Below, one piece after another: positions 1 to 11,695 of a stretch of 64,000 nucleotides of DNA. The notes beneath the pieces were generated by a model. It saw nothing but the letters and a program-made list of their open reading frames with translations, did not search any database and was not told the DNA's origin. Source of the stretch: Podarcis liolepis. Lineage: Eukaryota. The stretch lies in NCBI GenBank assembly GCA_965112155.1, contig OZ218099.1; one strand, 5' to 3'. The position numbers were made by a program, and so were the translations under genes. Numbering within the stretch: position 1 is the stretch's first letter; each line of letters begins with the position of its first letter.

Positions 1-801
1 TATTGCCCAGACAGAACGCAATGTTCCACCTTCCTTGTCTCTCCAAACAACCCTTTCTTGCTATGCTGTGAAAAGCTGTGGCATTCATATTCTACATAAT
101 ATCTGAAGGGCACAAAGGAGCGCCAATGGCAGGAGTGTTTCCTAATCATAATAGGGCTGAAATGCAGGTGCTACAAAGGCAAGAATTTGTCTGTAAGGGT
201 TACACATTCCTGCATTAGCCAGCATAATACACGATACGTATAAAATACTTTGCATTCCTTTAATGCTTTTCATTATTTTGCCATTATTTAAGTTCTCAGA
301 GGTGGATAATCCTCCAAGACTAGGACTGCAACCTTAAGTATGCATACCTGGAATCAAGTTCTATTGCAATCAGTAGGACAGAATTGCAAGTAAATGTGTA
401 CAGGAGTTGAGTGTGAGACAACAGACAGAAGACCCAGTGGTGGACTCTTTGGGGAAGTAGCATGCAAATATAGTAGAATCAGGATTCCTGGTGTTGGTGA
501 ATCCTGCTGTGAAATTACTAGGAGTGAATTGCCAAGAAGATCTGAACTAAAAATGCCAAAAAAATCAGGGCTCACAGATTAATTGAGAGCTAATCCTGAG
601 TCTTCCTTCATAAAATAAAAAGATACTCTTGCAATTATCTGTTCAGAGACAGATTCCTTGTGTCTCAGTCTTAAAAATAAATCAAAAGTTCAATTTTGGC
701 CGTACTGGATGTCTTGTTGGCACATGACTTAGCTCTCTTTTCTATAAAAAAAAGTCCTAGGTTGCAGAAAATGAAATGACACAAGTAAGCTACTGGCAGT
801 A

Positions 802-1042
802 CAGTGGTACCTCAGGTTACAAACTTAATTTGTTCTGGAGGTCCGTTCTTAACCTGAAACTGTTCTTAACCTGAGGTACTAATTTATCTAATGGGGCCTC
901 CCACTGCTGCTGCGCTGCTGGTTCACGATTTCCGTTCTCATCCTGGGGCAAATTTATTAACCTGAGATACTACTTCCGGGTTAGTGGAGTTCATAACCCG
1001 AAGTGTTTGTAACCTGAAGCATTTGTAACCCGATGTACCCTG
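802..1042. mobile_element. Tc1/mariner (Tigger/pogo-like) MITE
   Basis: TIR CAGTGGTACCTC..., TA on both sides; same family as 20317, 20708, 23841 and 55873. Confidence 0.8.
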
Positions 1043-1628
1043 TACTCAATGTATGTACCTATTGAGGCAACATTCAGTATATGCACCTATTAGTGTTAAG
1101 TAGCTTGGAGAATGCCCAGAAAATAAGGGGCAGACCAATAGCTTGTGCCTTCTTCCAAACATTAATTATAATATGGGGTCAAATATGTGGCAGGTGCCAT
1201 TGCCACACAGTAAACTGCATAAGCCTTATTCACATCTTACTTTCATGTAGCATGTTACTGTGATTACTTTAGAACTGGGTCTAAAGTGCCACTTGTTTGG
1301 ATCACACATACCTGCTGCACGTGAGCAGGAACATGTGTGTTTGGCTTTCACCTCAGACAACCATGAGCAGCACGTGGTTGTTTGAGGAAGGAGACACCAC
1401 ATCAGAAGTGTGGCTAAAAGCAGAGCCCCACTTGAAAGTAGTTGCAGTAATAGCCTGTGCATGAGTAACATGTGACTATGGCCACCAGTGTGTCTACATA
1501 TGGTGTTGGTGTTGTCTTCTGGCACAACAACTGAGTAGCAACACAAACTTCTAATGGAGCTGCCTTCAGTAGTATGTCTTGTATCCATCTCTAAATAGCT
1601 ACCAATTTCCCCTTTCCCCTTAAATTAG

Positions 1629-1785
1629 CAGTTATTCGAAGCCTATGTACAAGAAGCAAACCAGCAGCACCAAACTAGTGCAGAAGACATCTGACAGAGA
1701 GATACAAGGAACGAAAGACGCCCTCATTCAAGACTTGGAAAGGAAACTACGATGTAAAGACAGCCTTCTCCATAACGGGAACCAA
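1629..1785 (+). CDS. MYOT: Myotilin internal coding exon (SYSKPMYKK...DALIQDLERKLRCKDSLLHNGNQ)
   Basis: Polypyrimidine tract plus TAG/CAG tandem acceptor (1626-1631); donor CAA|GTAAGA; peptide matches the myotilin/palladin-family motif EIQGxKxALIQDLERKL. Confidence 0.9.
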
Positions 1786-2029
1786 GTAAGAGATGCATAT
1801 TATCTGGCAGAGGGGAACTTGCAAGTTAAGTGACTGAGCTGGATGGCTCTGAGCTTAGTTACCGCGCAGTTTGTGCATCTTAAGCCAGGCATAGCCAATG
1901 TGGAGCCCTCTGTCTTAACTCCTATCAGTCCAAGCCACTAAAACATGAGGGCACCATGGTGTCTCCGCTGCATTAAACCAATTTAATTAGCTATAGCTCG
2001 TTTCTAAAACTTACTTGATGTGTGATCAA

Positions 2030-2290
2030 ATATTTATTTCATGAATTTTATATATTAAAAACATGGGAAAAAAATCAGCAATAAACTAAAAACGGATTAC
2101 AACATACACCAGTATACTACACATCTGGGGAGACTTGTTTAATAAATATGATTTTAGTAAGTGCTAAAAGAGCATGTTGAAGGCGCCTTCCTGGTGTCAA
2201 TAGGCAGGGAGTTCCAAGTGTAGGTAATGCCACACTAAAAGACTGATTTCTTACAAATGCAGAATCGATATTATGTGACACCTATAACAC
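2030..2290 (-). mobile_element. Degraded L2-clade LINE 3' fragment
   Basis: Weak resemblance to the L2 3' ends at 24170 and 53806 (GAAGGCGCC...GGGAGTTCCA). Confidence 0.4.
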
Positions 2291-3183
2291 CTGTAATGTA
2301 TGTTGAAACTGCCATTCAAACTGTGTCAATTGAGAAAGACATTCTCTAGATTAATTTAGGAGTACTTTTAATACTAAAGGCAATCATTTCAGAATTGGGA
2401 ATGATTTCACTGAAGTGCTGTCCTCCAGAGCTATTGAGCTCTGGCAACAGAGTGGCTTCTTAGAGATAAATTGGCCCTTGAGTCACCGGTGCTTAATTTC
2501 TGATCAAGTGCCATTCATGGATGTAATCCTATAATTTACAGTTGATGCCAAAGCCATAACATGATCAAAGTCAAAGCTAAAATCCTATGGCAAGGATGTG
2601 AGAGAGATTAGTTCAACCACCAGGACCTCAACCATCAGAGTATGTCAGACTATATTGTAGCAGACAATTAACTACAAGGGTCCCACTGAAAATGTCACTT
2701 CTGTGTTGAGTTTTCCCCTGATGTCAACATCAGCTTACCCTGTATATGTCATTAATATGTTTTTCCATAGCAGTCATCTAGGAGAAGGTGAGAGTAGCAA
2801 GCACATTATGATTTTGAGTAGATTGAACTGGATTGACACTGGGTACATTGAATTAGACATTGAAAGAGGAGAAGGAACTCCACACAAGGCTGTTACTTGC
2901 CACAGTAACCCCTTGGTTTTACCCTGCTTACACCTATTTGCACAGAACACTTGTAGTATACTAGCTTATTATTGCTCTTGCTTTATGTATTGGCCCAGGC
3001 TGAATATATCTCAAATGAGTTAAAGCTTCTATTTATCTTCCCAGATCAAGTATTTTATAGTTTGTTCATTCATCAGGTAGCTTGAATTTGTAACAACCAT
3101 TAGTAATTTGCGAGTACAGTACTCTCAAGCTGTGTGTGTGTGGGGGGGGGAATATCTGCCTGTATCAGCTGTATGTTTAGTAA

Positions 3184-3539
3184 TAAAGGTAAAGTCCAGT
3201 CAGAGTTGATTGGGGTGCGACGCTCATCTCGCTTCAGGCCGAGGGAGCCGGCATTTGTCAATAGATAGCTTTTCAGGTCATGTGACCAGCATGACTAAAC
3301 TTCTTCTGGCACAACGGGCACCATGACGGAAGCCAGAGTGCACAGAAACGCCGTTTACCTTCCCAATGCAGCTGTACCTATTTATTTACTTGCACTGGTG
3401 TGCTTTCAAACTGCTAGGTTGGCAGAAGCTGGGACTTAGCAATGGGAGCTCACCCCATCGCAGGGATTCAAACTGCCGATCTTCCAATCAGGAAGCCCGA
3501 CAGACTCAGTGGTTTAGACCACAGCGCCACCCACATACC
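3184..3539 (-). mobile_element. Sauria SINE (Squam1-type)
   Basis: Reverse complement of the tRNA-derived head GGTGGCGCTGTGG..., body CCAACCTAGCAGTTTGAAAGCAC, (ACCTTT) tail. Confidence 0.85.
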
Positions 3540-3822
3540 TGTTTTGTAATAAGTCCTTCCTTGGCCCAAGCCCTGAGAGACATGCATGTGGAATGGAATC
3601 CAGAGCTAGTTTTATTCTTGTTAATGTGTCCCTTCCTTGGTTCTCTTGACTGCAGTGAAGAGATCCCCTGAGTAAATCAAGTATTGGAATACTTTAAGGA
3701 GTTCATGGGCTTGTCTTGTAGTTATCTCTTAATGTAGTTAGCTCTGTTATGCTGAATAGGAATTAGAAGTTCAAACAGCATTAAACAGCCTTTTCTAACT
3801 AACCTTTTCTTTTGCTACACAG

Positions 3823-3924
3823 CGTTTAAGCTACGAGGAGAGAATGGCTCGCAGGTTACTTGGACCAGAAAATGCTGCATCTGTGTTTGAACCACAGAGT
3901 GAAGAAAATGTACAGGATGCACAA
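3823..3924 (+). CDS. MYOT: Myotilin exon (RLSYEERMARRLLGPENAASVFEPQSEENVQDAQ)
   Basis: CAG|CGT acceptor and CAA|GTAAGG donor; 102 nt phase 0/0; RLxYEExMARRLLG motif of myotilin/palladin. Confidence 0.93.
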
Positions 3925-4892
3925 GTAAGGTTTTTTTCAAAAAATTGTACACAGTCCAGAACATAAATTGGGATTTGCAAAAATAAAATAGGAGTGGGGG
4001 TTGGTATCATAACCGACAATACTCATATTTGTTCCTACTGTCATCCATCGACCTAGCAGAATTTTTTTTCTGAACAACATTCAAGGGATGGATATTAGGA
4101 TTCTTCATATGAGGAATAAAGATACATTACATTGCCCAAGACCAGACATGGATTAAGTAACACTTGTATCCTCCCGCCATAGTTTCCCATGTTACCATGG
4201 TAACATAAGGATAAGACCACTTCACAAATGGCCCGTCATGGTTCACTGTAATATGCATAATAAATGCATATTCATAATAATAAAGATATATGTAGGTTAA
4301 ATGTAGGAAAGGAGGAGTACTTGTAGCCATCTGTGGGTTCCCATGCTGTCTTAACCCGCACCATGAGATGATTACTTCAGCTGACACGTATAGTTGGCTT
4401 GTATAATGGCTAGCACATCTACCTTGCTTCTAGAATTTGCACCGGATAGTGATTCCTTACTGCATAGAAAATGCTAAATGGTCACCTGGAAGATCCAACA
4501 AAGCTGTCAGACCACTTTGTCTTTCACCTTGAGGTGATTTCTCTCCCACACCGAATTATTGTGACTCAAAATAAATCCCAATAGTACAGCAAAATTTTGA
4601 TCCAGTTCACTGTGGCAGATGCTCATAGTGTATTGCTGCTCAGATGTGGCCACAGTGACTTTCTGTAGCCAACAGGACACAGGAAGAAGTGGAGTGATGG
4701 GAAGAGAGCACACAGAGCCAAGGAAGTTGTAGAAGTGATGCAGAACACAGCATGCAGAAGGATGATGGTGAGCAGAATGGGCTGCACTGTATCACTGAGC
4801 ATCCTAAGTGCAGATGCTTCTCTTTTTCAATGGAACAATTGAGCCAGGAAATGCGCTTCCCCTCTGCTGTTGGAACAATGGGATCTGACTGA

Positions 4893-5191
4893 GGCCCCAT
4901 ATACACTACCAATTTAAAGCAGTATTGTGCCACTTTAAATAATTTTGTCATTCCCAAAAGAATCCTGGGAAGAGTGGTTTGTTAAGAGTGTTGACCCCTA
5001 TTCCCCTCACTGAGCAATCTTCAAATTAATTTAACAATCAGTGCCTCTTCTCAGGGAACTTGGAGAATTGAAGCTCTGTGAGAAGAAATAGAGGTCTCCT
5101 TTAATAGCTCAGGACCCTTAAGAAACTACACTTCGCAGGGTTCTTTGGAGGAAGCCATGACCATGTAAAGTGGTGTGATGCAGATGGAGCC
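4893..5191. mobile_element. PIF/Harbinger-like MITE
   Basis: Imperfect TIR GGCCCCATATACAC / GATGCAGATGGAGCC, 3-bp TGA duplication, internal inverted symmetry; related fragments near 19190-19345 and 28300-28465. Confidence 0.55.
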
Positions 5192-7199
5192 TGAGACAAA
5201 GGCTGAACTTGGCCCCACATTACCAGTATTTGCTCCATTGATGTATAGAAAAAATGGGGGGAAATGATTGGGGGAACTATATCTGTGGCCATGGTTAAAT
5301 CCCAGGTGGAGAATTTATTTTCTAGTATGCTTTGTCCTAGCTGCTGCTGTCAGTGGCCTCTTCAGCTACTGGATTTATGATTTATTGATGGTTGATTAGG
5401 ATTTTAACTGGCCCAGCTTACTCCCAGTACTGGACAGAGTGGTATGGCAATTAAATGGGGAGAGGGGCAGGAGACAAGACTTTTACTTAAGGTTTTGGTA
5501 GGGTAACAGGTTAAAACAGTGGGGGGGGGGTTGGGGGGGGAGGGAACCAAATATTACATTTAAGTAGCTAAGATAAGATAAAATAGAGAAATGCATCCAG
5601 CTATATCTATAGGAGATGTTTTCCTTACCAAGACAATACTTATCAATTTGCATCTCCAATTTCCACTTCGGGATCACTTTTTTATTTTTTCTTCCACTCC
5701 TTTCTACTGCAGTATCCACCTGCTCCCTAACACTTTTCATTATTCCAACTCCCTTAAAAGTGTTTTCAGCCCTCTTCTATCTTCTTGCAGCTGTTCAACT
5801 CTTCGGGTTTTTATCTCTCTGTCTTCCCAACTTTCTGACTGATTTCCCTTCTTCTTGGAGTTTAATGGTGTTGAAAGCCTGTAGGAGAGTCTCTGTTACC
5901 ACCACATTAGTCATAGTGTTATTGCACCTCAGTTATAATTGTTTAAAATCCTTATATCTCTCAAAAACCTCCATAAAGTCTCTTAACACTGGACCCTGAA
6001 GACAAATTTGCAATGCCAAGTCATTATGTTTATGACAGGTACCCTATTTTGAACATAACTTACATAAACGATATCTCAAAGAAAAACTTTTAAACACAAG
6101 GAGGAGAGTTTTAGTTAAGTGTCTATTTCTTCTTTAATTTCTAGGTTGCTAGGGGAACCTTTAACCTACAGTATCCCACTGTACAAAATTCTCTGAGCAA
6201 AACATCCTCTTGTACTTTTAACCTGCCTGTGAGCTTTTGACTCTCCCATGCACAAGAGGGTTTAAAGTGAAAAGGACCATTTTATAAACATCAGTTCGAA
6301 ATAGCTAGAAGTCCTATTTCTTCACAATGTAAAATATTGTCAGATATCTTCTGAAAATGCTAGCCGATAGCTCATTGGTGTAGCAAAATAAAAATACCCA
6401 TGTTAGATAGTTCATGAGCTTACTCTGGTGTAAAGGTTCTCTTGACTGCTAAACCAGTGTTCCAAAATGCAACTATCAGATGTGAAGAACTTGACACAGT
6501 GTTAATATCGTACTGTGTTGGATATACAAATACTTAGAACTGTTAGTGCTGCACTTCCTATAATTAACTGTCCTCATTGCTAAAATGGCAGGAATACCAC
6601 TGTGCCTGAATTATACCTTGTATTGAATTCAATTACATCTGTTCTTTAAAATGCTAAGATGAGTTGGGTTAGTGAGGGAAAAATAAAATAAAATCCCAGT
6701 TGCTCTTATAAAGCCTGTGTGATTTGGTTCTAGCGCTGTGACCTAACAGGGAAAATATTTTCCAGCTTAAGATGTGCTGATTGCCATTGGTACCCTTTTA
6801 TGAGTGTGCACAACAGTGTGCTCTTGCCAATACTTGACTTCTATTCCTGTTCAGCTGAAGGACACTGTGTCCCTAGCTCTCATTTCAGATACTCCAGTGG
6901 GATAATAGTCCCCCCACCCCACCCCACAACAAAGGTGACATGTTTGCCAAAATAGTTTGGACCAATGGAAAGAATTGTGTCATTCCTCTTGCGCATGACT
7001 CTGGCTCACATTTGTGACTGCTGATTATGATGACTTTAGGGGATCAATTTCTTTTATAGTCGGCATTAGAAAGTGCTTGTGGTTTTAAATGAGCAGTTTG
7101 TTTCTCCAGAAAGATTTAAGCTGTAGGATGTTCAATTGAGAGTCCATCATATGTGTTCATGATTAAAGCAGTGATCATTACCTCTTCTGATTTTTGCAG

Positions 7200-7249
7200 C
7201 AGCAGAACTTGGAAAGCACACGACTGCACGTTCCTTCAGCACAAGCAAG
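7200..7249 (+). CDS. MYOT: Myotilin small exon (QQNLESTRLHVPSAQA-R)
   Basis: TTTTTGCAG acceptor, AG|GTACAT donor, 50 nt phase 0/2, which bridges the neighbouring exons in frame; resembles mammalian QHNSEHARLQVPTSQVR. Confidence 0.85.
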
Positions 7250-7359
7250 GTACATGTTATGTGCACATTAAGCTGCAAAGGTGTATGCTAATGACATGAG
7301 ATCTGATCCAAACTGCATACACTGGTTGTGTGAACTGTTACCGATAGTGGCCGTAGAGC

Positions 7360-7497
7360 AAGGGTAGCCATCATAGTGCCCTTTGGATGTTCTTGGACTA
7401 CAGCTCCCATCAGACCCAGCTAGCATGGCCGATAAAAAGGGATGATGGGAGCTGTAGTTGAGCAACATCTGAAGAGCACCACATTGGCTACCTTTCC
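7360..7497. mobile_element. Short palindromic (hAT-like) MITE
   Basis: GATGTT..ACTACAGCTCCCATC...GATGGGAGCTGTAGT..AACATC inverted symmetry; relatives at about 1885-1965 and 34666-34798. Confidence 0.6.
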
Positions 7498-8030
7498 CCA
7501 TGGTTTGAGAGCCTTGGGCAAGCGAGTCCTTTGGAGTCCCTTAAAGGTATGAAAGCAAGTCAGGCATCCACATCATCTGGTCCAGCTGCTTGCCACGTGG
7601 AAGGTCTGAAGTGGGAAGCCTGCTCATAATCATATGAAGTTGAATGCCCAATGGGGACAGAGTTTTTAAATCATACACTTCAGCGCATATGATTGATTCT
7701 AAGTTCGGGAAAACATGTATTATGAACAATGTAGTTCAGTCTTCCTTTAAGGGGAAACTGTGTAAGGCACAAGATACCACATTAAATACCATGAGACCAA
7801 AGATGGGAGTCATTCTATGAAATATGCATGAGTTATTCTCTTCAACAGTCCTAGATAGTTTATTGCCATAATGAAACTGCAAAACTAGAAATACAATTTT
7901 GCCTTTTTGGAAACTTATCGTCACCAGGCTATCGTGTAATGGAACTATGAACACATACTTACTGTGGGTGTGTAGGGGGAGAAAGATTATTATAGGAATA
8001 CTTTATTGCCTTGTTGATGTGCCCTTTTAG

Positions 8031-8163
8031 GAGCAGGCCATCTTCAAGAGGGGAGAGGAATGAGCAAGGGTCAATCCAGGAGAAATTTTTTCAACCACGT
8101 TTTGTACAAGTGCCTGAAGACATAACAGTTGAAGAAGGAAGATTTTGCAGGATTGATTTCAAG
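8031..8163 (+). CDS. MYOT: Myotilin exon, start of Ig domain 1 (SRPSSRGE...QEKFFQPRFVQVPEDITVEEGRFCRIDFK)
   Basis: CTTTTAG acceptor, AAG|GTAATG donor, phase 2/0; I-set Ig N-terminal strands. Confidence 0.95.
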
Positions 8164-8219
8164 GTAATGTATGATTTCAAACCACTTTCAGCACAGCTGT
8201 CCCTCCTAATAGATTTAAG

Positions 8220-8813
8220 CAGTTCTTTTTTTCTGGGGGGACGCAGGGGTACGCATACCCCTAAACATTTAGTGAATCTTTGTACAGTGGTACCTCGCAA
8301 GACGAATGCCTCGCAAGACAAAAAACTCGCTAGACGAAAGGTTTTTCCGTTTTCGATTTGCCTCGCAAGACGAATTTCCCTATGGGCTTGCTTCGCAAGA
8401 TGAAAACGTCTCGCGACTTTGTTTTCTTTGTCTAAAAACAAAGACATGTTTTGTTTATAAAGTTAATTTATTTTCCCTTCAATTTTTGAACTGCTCTTTA
8501 CAGTATGTGTGACTTTAAAGAGCAGTTAATAAACTGTTGTTGTACCAAATTTGGCTTTGTTTGGACTTTTTTTGACCATAGGAACGCATTAATTGATTTT
8601 CAATGCATTCCTATGGGATTTCGTGCTTCGCAAGACGAAAAATTCGCTAGACGACAAAAATTGCGGAACGAATTAATTTCGTCTTGCGGGGCACCACTGT
8701 ACTTTTGTCCATTTACTGTATTTATTTTTCCCGATTTGAACTATAAAATAGTGATTTTCTTGAGTCAAAATAAGAGTACTCCTAAACGATTTTTTAGGGG
8801 GAAAAAAGCACTG
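8220..8813. mobile_element. hAT-type MITE containing a nested Tigger-like MITE
   Basis: TIR CAGTTCTTTTTT / AAAAAAGCACTG; perfect 8-bp TSD GATTTAAG (8212-8219, 8814-8821). Confidence 0.85.
8285..8699. mobile_element. Tigger/pogo-like MITE (GCAAGACGAA subfamily)
   Basis: TIR CAGTGGTACCTCGCAAGACGAA / TTCGTCTTGCGGGGCACCACTG, TA TSD, repeated CGCAAGACGAA motif. Confidence 0.85.
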
Positions 8814-8821
8814 GATTTAAG

Positions 8822-9480
8822 AATTGCCTTGTTGGACCAGACCATGGTCCATTTTGCTCAGTGTTCTGTTTCCAGCTATGGTCAGTCCCATGGTTCCTAG
8901 AAGCTCACAAGCGGGGCACAGAGGTAATATCCTTCTGTTTTTGTTTTACCCAAACCTCTGAAGCTTTGGAGGTATATTCAGTGGCGTAGCGTGGGTTGTC
9001 AGCACCCGGGGCACTCTCTGGCCTGTGTCACCTGCCGCCACTGCCAGCTTCTTCTTGCTGCTGCCTGGTCTGGTCTGGTGTGGTTCTCTCCCGCGCTCAG
9101 CGCTGCGCTGGGCGGCCGCTGCACTGTCCCTCCCCCAGATAGTCCCTCGCTCTCTCTCCGCACCACACGCCTGGCACCCCCCCTCCACAGTGGGCGGCGA
9201 CCCAGCGGCTCGGATTGGATTCGCACAGCCAGCACTGCAGTGAGAGAGAGTGAGTGAGCCAGGCAGGGGCAGAGAGCTGCAAGTGCGAGCGTGCCCCCCT
9301 CCCAGATGTTGCGTCCGGTGCAGCCTGCACCCCCCACGCTATGCCACTGGGTATATTGCCTCTGATCATGGAAACAGGATTAAACCTACATCCTCCATGA
9401 ATTCATCAAATCTCTCTGTAGCCATCTAAGTCGCTGGCCACCACTGTATCTTCTGCTAACATATTCTGAAAGTAAATTAT
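8822..9480 (-). mobile_element. Old CR1 LINE 3' fragment interrupted by the hAT element at 8979-9349
   Basis: Similar to the CR1 3' ends at 60515-60800 and 42480-42660 (GGACCAGACC..GGTCCAT..; CCTCCATGAATT..GCCATC). Confidence 0.55.
8979..9349. mobile_element. GC-rich non-autonomous hAT element
   Basis: TIR CAGTGGCGTAGCGTGGG / CCCACGCTATGCCACTG; perfect 8-bp TSD GGTATATT (8971-8978, 9350-9357). Confidence 0.88.
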
Positions 9481-10026
9481 GAAATTCCAGTAAGAGGAAT
9501 TTAGGGTATGATTGGAAACCTTCCTGGGCTACCTGATCAGCCACTGCCACAAGGCAAGGCATTTTTAAAGAAACATATTAACACTGCAAAAATGTGGAGC
9601 AGTGTATCTTCTGTAAACTGAGTGCATACTGTGGTTTGGTTTGTGCTGTGCCTGGTAATCTTCACAGAAATGAGAGTCTAGGCACAATTTGCTAGTGTTC
9701 TTGTGACCTCCCCCCTGCGCTGCCTTTTTTGTGCTTGCATGTTGACAAAATCTGATAATGGGCAGAAAGGTCTGAAGTTTTGCAGGCCACTGAGCATTGC
9801 CCCAGTTATCCCTTGTGACCTAGTTTTGTGTCATACAATTTCTTTCACACAGCCAATGTCGCACCACTATGTGTTGTATGTATTTTTATAGCACAGACCC
9901 ATTTTGTGAATAGAAACCACTCCTTGTCTTGTTTTTGTTATTTTGTTAAACTATGACATTTATATATGACAATACTAGAGTCTTTTGTAGACCATGTGGT
10001 ATGAACGTAGCTCTGTTTCTGCTTTA

Positions 10027-10266
10027 CAGTTGTACCTTGGAAGTCGAACGGAATCCGTTCCGGCAGTCCGTTCAATTTCCAAAACGTTCGAAAACCAAAT
10101 TGCGGCTTCTGATTGGCTGCAGGAAGCTCCTGCAACCGATCAGAAGCCGCGGAAGCCCCATCAGACGTTCAGGTTCCAAAAGAATGTTTGCAAACCGGAA
10201 CAATCACTTCTGGGTTTGCAGCGTTCGGGAGCCGAAACGTCCAATTTCCAGGGCGTTTGACAACTG
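10027..10266. mobile_element. Tigger/pogo-like MITE (third subfamily)
   Basis: CAGTTGTACCTTGGAAG...TTCCAGGG..CAACTG termini, TA TSD, CpG-rich interior. Confidence 0.7.
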
Positions 10267-10467
10267 TATATGTTGCAAAACTGCAACCCAGAATAACATG
10301 TACTACACAAGTCAGTCACAATGTGTGCAGTGATTCTGCATATATAGAGTATCAAATGAACACTCATTGATGTTCCCATGCAGACTTGCCTTTTGGCATG
10401 AATTACAGTACCACAATACCTTTATCTGACACTACCCCCTTAGTATCTATTGTCTTTCCCCTTGTAG

Positions 10468-10675
10468 GTCAGCGGCCTCCCAACTCCAGATGTGGCATGG
10501 TACCTAAACGGAAGATTAGTTCACCCAGATGACTTCCATAAAATGATCGTATCTGAAAAAGGCTTCCACTCATTCATTTTTGAAGTTGTCAGGGTCTATG
10601 ATGCTGGAACATGGGAGTGTGTGGCTTTCAATCGTGCTGGAGAAGCTTCCTTTACAGTAAAGCTAGATGTCATTG
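10468..10675 (+). CDS. MYOT: Myotilin exon, Ig1 (VSGLPTPDVAWYLNG...NRAGEASFTVKLDVI)
   Basis: TGTAG acceptor, G|GTATGA donor, 208 nt phase 0/1; I-set Ig motifs. Confidence 0.95.
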
Positions 10676-11529
10676 GTATGAGAGAGCTTTGTCTATTTGG
10701 AAACAAATTTTTGTTTCTTTACTTCAGCTGGTGCATTCTGTTACAAATATCATTTCCTTATGTGCTCTTCATTAAAGGCTGTAGAAGAAAAGAAATTTTC
10801 TGGTTCAAGATGTCAGAATTTTAAATGATCATGACATAAAGTCATACCTTGTGTGCATGACTTTCTAACAATGAAATTTCTAAATGTTATCTACAGTGAC
10901 GGGATTTCTCATTCCACTGAAAGTGGGAAGCCACTACTTAGCCTCAATATATGAGTTTGAGAGCTGTTCTTCTACCCCTGCTCTTTTGGGTACAACACCA
11001 AATGAAGTGTAGAGCTGGCATGGGTGCACAGCCATTGATACTAAAATAAATAGGAAGACTATGTTCATAGCAGGGCTTCTGGATATGAAGCCAGTTCAGA
11101 AAGGAACCACCGATGCATGCATGTGTGTCATACATCGCACAGTCCAGGATATATTTTTCATTTGCAGCGAAAGAGGGAAACCCCAAGCAATTGATGGGGG
11201 AAAGCTGCAAGCAAAGAGATAGAAGAAACTGTTTAACATCCTAAATTAAACAAATATTGAACATCAAGTCCTTCAGCAAGGGACTTCAAAATGCAGAAGC
11301 CTAGGTCCTTAGTTCTGCTGTGTCCACTTCCCTTCTACTTTCTGTTAGCTTCTGTATTTTTGAAATTACCAGATGAAGGACCTGATAGATTTTAATATGC
11401 TGGATTATAAATACATTTGGGATATTAAAAATGGTTTTGTTTTTATTTGCCTTCACTTTTAGTCTGTCATGGCTGTAAGATGTCATCTTTTGTCTCTCTC
11501 TTTTTTTTTTAATCCAAACTTCTATCTAG

Positions 11530-11695
11530 CTCGAGAACATCGGAAAGCCCCAACATTCATCTTTAAACCTCAAAGCACAAGAGTTTATGAGGGGGATTCG
11601 GCCAGACTTGAATGCCAAGTGTCTGCTATCCCCCCACCACAAATATACTGGAAGAGAAATAATGAAATGGTACAATTCAATACAGACAGAATCAG
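11530..11695 (+). CDS. MYOT: Myotilin exon, Ig2 first half (AREHRKAPTFIFKPQ...VQFNTDRI)
   Basis: CTAG acceptor, AG|GTGGGT donor, phase 1/2. Confidence 0.95.

Noticed and set aside
671-680. MEF2-consensus TTAAAAATAA in a MYOT intron
   Set aside because: An AT-rich 10-mer expected by chance; no clustering or conservation evidence available.
1303-1339. Small hairpin with a CACGTG loop
   Set aside because: Too short and bulged for a pre-miRNA; probably chance or a MITE remnant.
5520-5545. G-rich tract with G-quadruplex potential
   Set aside because: Simple homopolymer runs with no supporting context.
8285-8699. Recurring CGCAAGACGAA units that superficially resemble a CRISPR-like array
   Set aside because: Irregular spacing inside a TIR-bounded MITE in a vertebrate intron; better read as subterminal transposase-binding repeats.
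8946-9369. Overlapping GC-rich ORFs and an apparent CpG island
   Set aside because: Fully explained by the TIR- and TSD-bounded hAT element at 8979-9349.
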